From positions 1,055 through 65,054 of the forward strand of contig JANQEX010000043.1 in the NCBI GenBank assembly GCA_028278105.1: DNA of 64,000 nucleotides, written 5' to 3'. The stretch comes from Alphaproteobacteria bacterium (GTDB lineage Bacteria; Pseudomonadota; Alphaproteobacteria; UBA9219; RGZA01). The position numbers and the translations under genes were made by a program. The notes under the pieces were generated by a model, which saw only the letters and a list, made by a program, of their open reading frames with translations, searched no databases and was not told the DNA's origin. This document shows, piece by piece, positions 9,941 through 17,572 of this stretch (positions are counted from its first letter, which is position 1; each line of letters opens with the position of its first letter).

Positions 9941-10093
9941 GGCCTGTCCTGCTTCATGAACTGGGTTCTGATCTGGGAGTATTTTTGTCCACATGCCCTT
10001 ATTTCCGGGATTATCTGAACAGAGGGAGCGTAAGAATCCGGAGTGATTCGCCTGCAACAAACCCTGTGTACACAGTCATTTGTTACCAGACCC

Positions 10094-10564
10094 TTAACGG
10101 CTTTTGGGTGCGGGACCGGAAGAAGCCTTTGTGGATGCTTGTTTTTCCGGGGTGTTGCGCGCGGATGCAAGGCTTGCGCCGGGCTTTCTGGCGCCGGCGG
10201 CGGGGTTGGCGCTGGCGCCTTCTTCCTCCTCGCCTTCTTCGAGGGGTTTATCGACGAATTTGAGCGGCCAGGGCTCCCAGGCGTAATCGACCATGCGGTG
10301 GCGGTCGCTATGCTTGATATTGGGCCTTTTCCGGGTCACGAACCACACGCGCAGCGCGCGCAATGCCGCGTCGAAGCTCATGCCGCGCTGCTCCAGGATG
10401 ACGAAGATCATGGTGGTGATCGCCGCCATGACCAGCGTGTACCAGCGTAAATGCAACAGTGTAAAAACAAATGGCACCGCCGCGCGCGCGTCCATGAAAA
10501 AGAATCGCGCCGGCTTCATGCTGTTGCGCCAATGCGTATCGCCGCCATAAACCGGTTGGGTCAT
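10094..10564 (-). CDS. IcmT/TraK-family T4BSS protein with low-complexity C-terminal tail
   Basis: GDTHWRNSMKPARFFFMDARAAVPFVFTLLHLRWYTLVMAAITTMIFVILEQRG recalled from memory as the IcmT/TraK motif. Position after dotB mirrors R64 traJ-traK. Confidence 0.5.
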   Translation of the reverse strand: MTQPVYGGDTHWRNSMKPARFFFMDARAAVPFVFTLLHLRWYTLVMAAITTMIFVILEQRGMSFDAALRALRVWFVTRKRPNIKHSDRHRMVDYAWEPWPLKFVDKPLEEGEEEEGASANPAAGARKPGASLASARNTPEKQASTKASSGPAPKSR

Positions 10565-10650
10565 GGGGGCCAGTTTCCTAAAGAATGGTTAAAAAAGCTT
10601 TATTGCATCATGCCGAATTGAAACAAACCGCGCTGCGTCCCTGAAAATCA

Positions 10651-10737
10651 TTCTTTCTCGCCCTCCTCGCCGAAGCCGCGGGAGAGCATCAGGTAATGGC
10701 GGCGGTCGATCTGGTTTTCGGAACAGGCGGCGTTGGC
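10651..10737. repeat. Direct repeat copy A: duplicated 3' end of dotB including its stop codon
   Basis: 87 bp, about 94% identical to 11438..11525. Its minus-strand translation ANAACSENQIDRRHYLMLSRGFGEEGEKE* equals the DotB C-terminus. Confidence 0.8.
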
Positions 10738-10738
10738 T

Positions 10739-11101
10739 TCACTTTTTCTTCAAGCCAGAAGCTATGGCCAACTCCGCGCGGCACGCTTGCTCAAGAAGCG
10801 GCAAATCGTCCCGGACAAGCTTCCAGAGTATGTCGGGGGCGAGGCGTTCATAGTCGTGCCGCAACACATTGCCGATCCCGGCGACCTTGTGCCACGGGAT
10901 CGCGGGATGGCGCGCCTTGATGCTGTCTGGAATGTGCCGGCTGGCTTCAGAAATAATTTCCATGCCGCGCTCGACAAGCCAGCGCTTCTGCCAGTCGCTT
11001 TCGAAGGCTTCGATGCTCACGCCGTCCATGACGGCGCGAACATGCCCGGCGGCCTCAACCATGTCGTTCAGCCGCAAAGAGACGTTACGCGGCTTCATCA
11101 A
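10739..11101 (-). CDS. hepT: HepT-family (DUF86) toxin of a HepT/MntA toxin-antitoxin pair
   Basis: 120 aa. Overlaps the upstream mntA-like gene by 4 nt. Confidence 0.75.
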   Translation of the reverse strand: MMKPRNVSLRLNDMVEAAGHVRAVMDGVSIEAFESDWQKRWLVERGMEIISEASRHIPDSIKARHPAIPWHKVAGIGNVLRHDYERLAPDILWKLVRDDLPLLEQACRAELAIASGLKKK

Positions 11102-11391
11102 AAAACCCGCACGGCCGAATCCTCAATGTCCCGCTTCAGCAAAGGATGAAGGCTGGCGCGGGTCATGATGTCGGTTTTCCCGCCAAGAATGGCGGCCGTT
11201 TTTTCCTTCACGTCCATCAGTTCATACAGGCCGAGCTTTCCTTTTTCATGATCAAAAAAAAGATCAATGTCCGAATCCGCGCCCGCCGCGTCGCGCGAGG
11301 CGGATCCGAACAGGTAAAGCTTCATCACGCCCAGCTTTTTAAGCTCGGCTTCATGGTCCTGAAGCAGATGAATAATGTCTTTACGCTTCAT
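11098..11391 (-). CDS. mntA: MntA-family minimal nucleotidyltransferase antitoxin
   Basis: 97 aa with LFGSASRDAAGADSDIDL (GSxxRG...DxD nucleotidyltransferase motif). Confidence 0.75.
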   Translation of the reverse strand: MKRKDIIHLLQDHEAELKKLGVMKLYLFGSASRDAAGADSDIDLFFDHEKGKLGLYELMDVKEKTAAILGGKTDIMTRASLHPLLKRDIEDSAVRVF

Positions 11392-11434
11392 GACGGCACA
11401 TTACCACGGTTTGCAAAATATTTCCAGAAACGGG

Positions 11435-12616
11435 TTATTCCTTTTCGCCTTCCTCGCCGAAGCCACGGGAGAGCATCAGGTAATGGCGGCGGTCGATCTG
11501 GTTTTCGGAATAGGCGGCGTTGGCCGCTTTCTGCATGGTCTTGCCGTATTTTTCCAGAAGGTTCTGCGTCTCCGAACTCCAGCTTTCCAGGGGCGTGGCC
11601 AGAAGATGCTCGCGGATATGCTCGTCGAAAATCAGGAATTCGCGCAAGGCGATGCGTCCCCCGCCCACGCGCGGCAGAAGCGCCTGCGTCACGATAAGGC
11701 GCGTCGTTTCGATCAGCGCCACGGCGCGCTCCAGCCGCTCCCCCGTGTCGAAGGTGCTGACCAGGCGGCGCACGGTGGCCGCCACGCCGATGGTGTGCGT
11801 GGTGGAATAGACAAGATGGCCGGTCTGTCCGGCCTCAATCGCCGCCGAAACCGTCTCGCGGTCGCGCGCCTCGCCCACCAGGATCACGTTCGGCTTGCGG
11901 CGCAGCGCGTTGCGCACCCCGGCGGCGAAATTCGGCAGATTGCGCGGGATTTCCGACTGGGCGATCACGCTGTGCGGCCCCAGGATCTGGTCATACACAT
12001 ATTCAATCGGCGCTTCGTAGGTCAGCATCTTGCCGGCCCCTTGCGGCCGCTCGATCAGCATGCGCGTGCCGGCGGCCAGCAAGGTGGTTTTGCCCGAACC
12101 CGTGGGCCCGGTCACGAACACCAGCCCCTGGCGCGGCGCCCAGGCCTCGATCAGTTCCGGCTCGATGCCAAGATCGGTCATGCGCGGCGGCAGGTTGGGC
12201 AGCACGCGCATGCTGATGCACACGCCGTCGCGCCCCTTGCTCATGATGGCGGTGATGTTGACGCGAAAGCGGAAACGGGTGTTGCGGTCCACCCGGATTT
12301 CGTAGGACAGGTCCAGGTCCTTGCCCGCCGTCAGGGCCGCCATGGCGTCCAGCCCGTACATTTTGGTGACGAAGGCGGCGATATCGGCCGAGTCAATCGA
12401 GCGGCGCGTGACCGCGAACAGCTTGCCGTCCACCTCGATATAGGTTTGCCGGTCGGACTGGATGGTGATGTCGCTGGCGCGCTGCAGCACACACCACAGG
12501 ATCAGGTCGTCGACAACTTCGATGCGGATACGCGGCGGCTCATCCGGCCACATGTCCATTTCAACGGCGCCGCCCTGGGTGCCCTGGCCGGACGCTAGCG
12601 CGGAGCCGTGATCCAT
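11435..12616 (-). CDS. dotB: DotB/TraJ-like T4BSS ATPase (PilT/VirB11 superfamily)
   Basis: Walker A GPTGSGKTT, Asp box, His box TTHT. Order dotD-dotC-dotB as in Legionella and R64 traHIJ. The start may be an internal Met (~12559) because 12616 overlaps dotC by 22 nt. Confidence 0.7.
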   Translation of the reverse strand: MDHGSALASGQGTQGGAVEMDMWPDEPPRIRIEVVDDLILWCVLQRASDITIQSDRQTYIEVDGKLFAVTRRSIDSADIAAFVTKMYGLDAMAALTAGKDLDLSYEIRVDRNTRFRFRVNITAIMSKGRDGVCISMRVLPNLPPRMTDLGIEPELIEAWAPRQGLVFVTGPTGSGKTTLLAAGTRMLIERPQGAGKMLTYEAPIEYVYDQILGPHSVIAQSEIPRNLPNFAAGVRNALRRKPNVILVGEARDRETVSAAIEAGQTGHLVYSTTHTIGVAATVRRLVSTFDTGERLERAVALIETTRLIVTQALLPRVGGGRIALREFLIFDEHIREHLLATPLESWSSETQNLLEKYGKTMQKAANAAYSENQIDRRHYLMLSRGFGEEGEKE

Positions 12617-13497
12617 TGCTCGCTCTTCGGATTCAGGAGGGCGGGCGCGGTGATGTTGAGCCCGCGGTTGCCGACGCGCATTTCGGCGCCGCCGCCGGTG
12701 ATGCCGCGGTCTTCCTGCGCGGCATAGGGCGGGGTCATCATGCCTTGCGCCAGCAACTCGCGGTAACGGATCATGCCCTTGTAGTCGGTGTTCAGCTTGT
12801 CAAGATTGGCCTCGAAGATTTCGTCGGCCTGCTGCACGCCTTCCTCCCAGCCCACGGCGACCCATTTGCGCCATTCGGCCAGCTCTTTCTGGTTCTTGGG
12901 CTGCAAAAGCCTGGGCGGCGGGTCGACAAGGCCCCAGTCGCGTTCCAGATAGCTGCGCCAGTCGCGCGGGGCCGTGACAATGCGCGCGGCGCGGTTGATG
13001 CGGTAAACGCGGTCGGCCACGGCGGCGTTCTGCCCGCCCACCGCCACGATCACGGCGCGCTGCGCCTCGCTGACCACCGGCGGCTCCACCAGCAGGCCCG
13101 ACGGCGCCGCGATCAGCAAAAACCCGAAATTATAGACGCGGCTCAGGCTGCCTTCACTCTCGGCCAGGCGGCGCTGGATCTGAAAGGTGCGGAATGCAAG
13201 GCCGGCGCGCGCGCCATAGGAAAGCGCCGCTTCCTTCATGGCGTCGCTGCGGATGCGGCCGCCGATATTCTGCTTTTCTTTTTCCTTCAGTTCTTCCTCA
13301 TCCTCCTGCACCCGCAGCATGGATTGCACCTGGGCCATGCTGGGCGGCGGCGGCGACGGCGGCGGCGTCTGGCGGCCGGTATCGGCGTCGATAAAATCGG
13401 CGGCATGCGCCGGCGTCCCCGCCAGAAGCAGGAACGCCGCCAGCGCAATAAACAAAATGGTTCGTTTAGTAACGCAGAACGCCATCGGTCGGAGCAA
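12595..13497 (-). CDS. dotC: DotC/TraI-like T4BSS outer-membrane-associated protein
   Basis: 300 aa with signal peptide. Size and position between dotD and dotB. Confidence 0.5.
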   Translation of the reverse strand: MLRPMAFCVTKRTILFIALAAFLLLAGTPAHAADFIDADTGRQTPPPSPPPPSMAQVQSMLRVQEDEEELKEKEKQNIGGRIRSDAMKEAALSYGARAGLAFRTFQIQRRLAESEGSLSRVYNFGFLLIAAPSGLLVEPPVVSEAQRAVIVAVGGQNAAVADRVYRINRAARIVTAPRDWRSYLERDWGLVDPPPRLLQPKNQKELAEWRKWVAVGWEEGVQQADEIFEANLDKLNTDYKGMIRYRELLAQGMMTPPYAAQEDRGITGGGAEMRVGNRGLNITAPALLNPKSEQWITAPR

Positions 13498-13993
13498 ATC
13501 GCAGGTGAATGGCCTGGTTGCCGAGATCGACGATCACGTCGGCCCGGCGCCCGGCCTGAAAGCCGATATCACGCAACACCGCCGCAATCGGCTGCTGGTA
13601 GGCGTTGACGCCGACCACCAGCGGAACCGGAGGCGGATTGCTGATGATCTTGAAGGTATAGCCGCCCATTTCGGCCAGGGTGCGCGTGATCTGCTCAATC
13701 GGCCCGGTCCAGGTCATCGTGACGGGCTGCTGCAACGCCGGGTCTTCGATATCCGCCCCGGCATCGTTGGGCATGGGGGTGCGGAAAGCCTCGATCCTGG
13801 AGAGCCGGACAAGCGCTTCGCTTGCTTCCTCGGCGGCATGGGCCAGACGCAGCGCGGCCGGATCAGGGTCGACCGCCGAGGCCTGCACAGGCATGAGGGA
13901 GGAGTGCGCAGCCATGGGATCATCGGCGCAGGCGGCCAAAAGCCCCATCAACAGACAGGTTCCGGCGAGACGAAGCGTCTTTCTGACAGGCAT
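13466..13993 (-). CDS. dotD: DotD/TraH-like T4BSS lipoprotein
   Basis: Lipobox LLAAC after a signal peptide. 175 aa. First gene of the dotDCB triplet. Confidence 0.55.
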   Translation of the reverse strand: MPVRKTLRLAGTCLLMGLLAACADDPMAAHSSLMPVQASAVDPDPAALRLAHAAEEASEALVRLSRIEAFRTPMPNDAGADIEDPALQQPVTMTWTGPIEQITRTLAEMGGYTFKIISNPPPVPLVVGVNAYQQPIAAVLRDIGFQAGRRADVIVDLGNQAIHLRFAPTDGVLRY

Positions 13994-14148
13994 GGGGCTT
14001 GAAATCCCGCATCAAGTACGAAGGGCTTACGGGACAAGATACCCGCAGCCAAAGACGAACCGGTTGATTCGCTTGGGAAAACTATGGCAAGCCGCTCCCT
14101 GTCCGGCAAGGGAGGCTTGGGGCCGACTCGGACAACGTTACTTTTTTG

Positions 14149-14463
14149 TCACGGCCTGAGGCTGGAGACCTTCAAATAATACCAGGCAAAGCCCGCAAGG
14201 CAAAACGTGGGAATCAACAGGATCAGTCCCGTAAACCACATTTTGCTGAAGAGATAATAAACGGCCAGCACGCCAAATCCGGCCGCCGCCGCGCCGTAAA
14301 CGGCGACCGCCCGTGGCAGGGGCACGTTGCCGTCGCCGGGAGGCGGCTTTTGGTAACCCGTGCTCTTGGCAAGCGGCCCCACCGAATAGACGGAAACCGA
14401 GTTTTTTTGCGCCGCCTTGTCAAGCGCGCCTGGGCCTTTGAAGAAATCCAGAAAATTGCCCAT
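14149..14463 (-). CDS. Small hypothetical membrane protein (two C-terminal TM segments)
   Basis: 104 aa, ...AAAAGFGVLAVYYLFSKMWFTGLILLIPTFCLAGFAWYY. Sits 4 nt after the stop of the upstream trbB-like gene. Confidence 0.35.
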   Translation of the reverse strand: MGNFLDFFKGPGALDKAAQKNSVSVYSVGPLAKSTGYQKPPPGDGNVPLPRAVAVYGAAAAGFGVLAVYYLFSKMWFTGLILLIPTFCLAGFAWYYLKVSSLRP

Positions 14464-14466
14464 GGT

Positions 14467-15435
14467 CTAGCCTCCCCCGATGTCGTTCATGATAACGTCG
14501 GCGCTTTTCGGCTCGCCGACAACAAGGCGGATTTTCCCGGACCGGCCGCGATAAAGAAGATAGGGCGTGTGATCCACTTTCCATTTCTGGATGAGCGTGG
14601 TGTTGCCGGCCAGCGCCGTCATGTGTTCGGGAGCGGGCATCTTGTCCTTGAAGATTTCCGTATCGCCTGCCATGTATTTTTTCCAGGCGGACACCGGATC
14701 TTTCAGGCCAAGCCAGGCGGCTCCTTCCATCTGCGATTTCGCCCCCATGGCCGCGATGGGAAACAGCGTCACGCGCAGCTTGCCCTGATCCACAAGCGGC
14801 GCCAGCTTCTTCCAGGCGTTGTGACAGTGATGGCAGTTGACATCCATGATCATCACAAGCCGCGGCGCCTTGGGCGGCCCCAGGGTCACCGTCCGGCCGG
14901 CAAGAAGCTCGGCATAGAACTTCTCGGCCCCGCCGGAAGGCGCGGAAGCCTGTGGGACAGGCTGTCGCGGCACGGACGCGGCGGCCGGCATGCTCTCCCC
15001 TTTCAGAATGGCCTGAATCTCAGGCCGGCCATTGGCCAAGGCCAGAATCTGCTGCTGCGAGATATTCGCTCCTTCCGGCGAAAGCAGCGCCCCCACGATC
15101 AGCGCCTTTTGGCCGGGGGTGGTGTAGAAGATCTGCACCTGCCCGTCCTTTACCGCGAACCAGCCGTCAAGTCCGAGCGCCGGACCCAGGTAGTAAATCG
15201 TCGTTCCGGCGCGGCGCAGATTCTGCATGAACAGGATCGATGACGTATCGGGAACGCCCGTCGCGGCAGGCGGTTTTTCGGTCTCCACCGGCAAAGGCTC
15301 CGGCGCGGCGGCCTTTTCCGGCGAAGGCGGCGCGGCAGTAACGGGAGAGGCCGGCTTTTCCGCCTTTTTTTCCCCGGCCCACGCCGGCGCGGCCAGCAAA
15401 AGACTTGCAAAAGCAGGTATTAGAAAAAATCTCAT
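14467..15435 (-). CDS. Thioredoxin-fold thiol:disulfide interchange protein (TrbB/DsbC-like conjugal transfer protein)
   Basis: Signal peptide MRFFLIPAFASLLLAAPAWA and CxxC active site VNCHHCHNAW. Start set at the internal Met. The longer ORF-track version translates through a MITE copy. Confidence 0.6.
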   Translation of the reverse strand: MRFFLIPAFASLLLAAPAWAGEKKAEKPASPVTAAPPSPEKAAAPEPLPVETEKPPAATGVPDTSSILFMQNLRRAGTTIYYLGPALGLDGWFAVKDGQVQIFYTTPGQKALIVGALLSPEGANISQQQILALANGRPEIQAILKGESMPAAASVPRQPVPQASAPSGGAEKFYAELLAGRTVTLGPPKAPRLVMIMDVNCHHCHNAWKKLAPLVDQGKLRVTLFPIAAMGAKSQMEGAAWLGLKDPVSAWKKYMAGDTEIFKDKMPAPEHMTALAGNTTLIQKWKVDHTPYLLYRGRSGKIRLVVGEPKSADVIMNDIGGG

Positions 15436-15620
15436 GAACCGAGTCGCACAGAACCCCGTCACCCCCGCGAAGGCGGGGGTCCACGTTTTAAAACTTTTTA
15501 TTTTTGATAAAGGATCTGTAGCGTGGATGCCCGCCTTCGCGGGGGTGACGGTTCTTCTTGTAGAATGTGCCGGCCCAAAGAGCCCTTGGCATAACAGCAG
15601 TTTCCGCATGAAATTTCCCG
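15424..15620. mobile_element. MITE-like element copy 1 (28-bp near-perfect terminal inverted repeats GTCACCCCCGCGAAGGCGGGGGTCCACG)
   Basis: Arms at ~15458..15485 and ~15524..15551. Conserved flanks aaaaatctcatgaa... and ...ttcttgtagaatgtgcc...gcatgaaatttcc shared with the copy at 17170. Confidence 0.6.
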
Positions 15621-15668
15621 CTCCCGTATCCGATGGGGAAGTCACGGCGCGCCGGAGCGGAGGAAGGA

Positions 15669-16133
15669 TCACCGCCCGGCCACGCGCATGTTGCGTTTTC
15701 TGGAACGCGCGTCGCCATCATATTCAATCAGGCCCTGCCGGTCCATGGCGGCGATGACCTTATACGCATAGGCCGAGCCCAGCTTCGGCGTGGCTGAATG
15801 ATAGCGGGCGATGCCACCGAACAGGTTGCCGCCCGCGGCGTTCAGTTTTTGCTTCAGGATCCACGCCGCCACATGCAGGTTCACGCAGCCATCGTCGCGG
15901 ACCCATTTGCGGGCCGTTTTCCGGTCGACCTTCCAGTAGCGCGACAACTGGGGCAGCCAGTGGGTGTTGACCTGCATGGGACCAAGATCGTAGGTGCCGT
16001 TTCCATTCGGGCCCACTTCCTGGCCGATATGCCCGCCTTCCACGTTCAGAATGCCCACCATCACCTGCGGCGGCACGTCGTAGGCGCTGGACGCCATCAG
16101 GAGGCAGGCGGCGAAGACTTGAAGGGGAGTCAT
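15669..16133 (-). CDS. Lytic transglycosylase (SLT domain), specialised T4SS/pilus peptidoglycan hydrolase
   Basis: Signal peptide MTPLQVFAACLLMASSAYDV and GPMQVN motif. Start set at the internal Met to avoid overlap with the upstream gene. Confidence 0.7.
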   Translation of the reverse strand: MTPLQVFAACLLMASSAYDVPPQVMVGILNVEGGHIGQEVGPNGNGTYDLGPMQVNTHWLPQLSRYWKVDRKTARKWVRDDGCVNLHVAAWILKQKLNAAGGNLFGGIARYHSATPKLGSAYAYKVIAAMDRQGLIEYDGDARSRKRNMRVAGR

Positions 16134-16161
16134 GGGGCTTGGTCCATCCTCAGGGTTATTT

Positions 16162-17049
16162 CTAATTGTCCATGGCCTGCTCATCAAGCCGCGCCGATGA
16201 CGGCACATCAAGATAAGTGATCAGTGTGGCCAACATGGCCATGCGCTGGTCGAAGGACTGCCAGACAAAGGTTAACGGCGGGATCTGGTCATGCTCCTTG
16301 AAATAGGCGTCCCGCTCGTCCTTGTCCATGTAGAGCAGCCGGTCGGCCTCGGCGAAATGGCAGTCGGAGTAAAGGAAGCCGGCCGCCTGCAAGACGCTCC
16401 AGCACAAGAGACGCCAGTCGCGCGGTGTGCATCCGGCCGGGGCCAGCCCGCGCGTGACCTGGTCGGCCGTGCGCAAAATGCGCTCCGACACCTGCGCCAG
16501 CATCAGATGCTCGGCCCGGCCGAAGGAATATTGCGCCACGGCGTTCACCACCGGCACCAGCGCCTCCAGCATACGGGCGCGGAAGGTGCCAAGCGTGTTG
16601 GGCGCGTTTTCGCCCGGAGCCACGGCCTGGCTCTGGAATTTCTCTTTCGTCTCGAACACCGCCTTGGCCAGCGTGGCGGCCTCGTCGGGCGTGGGCGGCT
16701 GGCTCGTGGCGCGGAAACGCGCCGCCACCGCATGGGCGCCGGCCGCGATGATGTTCCAGCGCACGGCGTCCTCCACGGCTTCCCCGCCTTCGTTCAAGGC
16801 TTCCAGCGTGGTCTCGGCCAGGGCCAGGGTGGCTTCCACCAGCCCGGACAGAAGCTGGGATTCCTGCTCCGGCGAGGGCGGCTCGGCCGATTTCGCGGCG
16901 CGATGCGCCTCGGCGATCACCTGAAGCAACGGGGTAATCACATGCTTCATCACCGCGACGCGCGCATGCAGCTCCGCCCTGGAGCCGGAGACGGGCTTGC
17001 CTTCGGTATTTTCGTCGGGCTTGATGCTTTGAGCGGCGGGGTCGGTCAT
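16162..17049 (-). CDS. Hypothetical cytoplasmic protein (295 aa) in the T4BSS island
   Basis: Start MTDPAAQSIKPDE at 17049. No recognisable motif. Immediately preceded (minus strand) by the GAACCT/GGTTCGA repeat array. Confidence 0.4.
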   Translation of the reverse strand: MTDPAAQSIKPDENTEGKPVSGSRAELHARVAVMKHVITPLLQVIAEAHRAAKSAEPPSPEQESQLLSGLVEATLALAETTLEALNEGGEAVEDAVRWNIIAAGAHAVAARFRATSQPPTPDEAATLAKAVFETKEKFQSQAVAPGENAPNTLGTFRARMLEALVPVVNAVAQYSFGRAEHLMLAQVSERILRTADQVTRGLAPAGCTPRDWRLLCWSVLQAAGFLYSDCHFAEADRLLYMDKDERDAYFKEHDQIPPLTFVWQSFDQRMAMLATLITYLDVPSSARLDEQAMDN

Positions 17050-17060
17050 CAGGGAGGTGT

Positions 17061-17126
17061 GGAGGTTCGGAGGTTCAAAGGTTCGGGGGTGCGAGGGTAC
17101 GGGGGTTCGAAGGTTCAAGGGTTCAT
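17061..17126. promoter_or_regulatory. Array of GGTTCGA/GGTTCAA direct repeats immediately upstream of a minus-strand gene start
   Basis: ggaggttcggaggttcaaaggttcgggggtgcgagggtacgggggttcgaaggttcaagggttc. The same motif array recurs upstream of the icmL-like operon at 39383..39440. Confidence 0.4.
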
Positions 17127-17169
17127 TCTCCCTGAATATTATTAAGTTCCGGCTTCTTCCTGCCGAATA

Positions 17170-17350
17170 ATACCAAAAATCTTATGAAATGACTCACGGC
17201 TTGCACGAACTGTCACCCCCGCGACGGCGGGGGTCCACGCTTTAAAACTTTTGTTTCGATGGTTTTCCAGCGTGGCTGCCCGCCTCCGCGGGCATGACCT
17301 TTTTTCTTGTGGCATAGGTCCGTTCATAAGGCCGTTGGCATGATTTCCAG
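17170..17350. mobile_element. MITE-like element copy 2
   Basis: ataccaaaaatcttatgaaatgactcac...gtcacccccgcgacggcgggggtccacgc...gcgtggctgcccgcctccgcgggcatgac...ttcttgtggcat... Confidence 0.6.
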
Positions 17351-17379
17351 TTTCCAATCCATGCTTGGCTCAAGGGGTA

Positions 17380-17415
17380 AAGAAAAAGTTAAGGGCGGCT
17401 GGAGCCGCCCTTTTT
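17380..17415. terminator. Bidirectional rho-independent terminator
   Basis: gggcggctggagccgccc stem with TTTTT on the plus side and AACTTTTTC on the minus side. Confidence 0.5.
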
Positions 17416-17423
17416 AAAACACA

Positions 17424-17499
17424 GGGGACACAATAAAATGCGCAAGGACAGAGGCGCCCCAAAAGCAGCACACCCGCCGGCGCATTTTATTGTGTCCCC
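17424..17499. repeat. Perfect 20-bp inverted repeat with 36-bp spacer
   Basis: ggggacacaataaaatgcgc (17424..17443) and gcgcattttattgtgtcccc (17480..17499). Confidence 0.7.
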
Positions 17500-17509
17500 G
17501 TCGCTTCTA

Positions 17510-17550
17510 TTGCCCCCAAAAATTAGGGCGGCTTCCGCCGCCCTTGAACC
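17510..17550 (-). terminator. Rho-independent terminator after the 580-aa gene
   Basis: gggcggcttccgccgccc hairpin. The minus-strand reading is followed by TAATTTTTGG. Confidence 0.45.
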
Positions 17551-17572
17551 ACGCGCCCATGGCAGAAACGCG

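Noticed and set aside
14467-15672. 401-aa version of the TrbB-like gene with N-terminal TPAKAGIHATDPLSKIKSFKTWTPAFAGVTG
   Set aside because: That peptide is the translation of a MITE copy. A proper signal peptide starts at the internal Met (15435).
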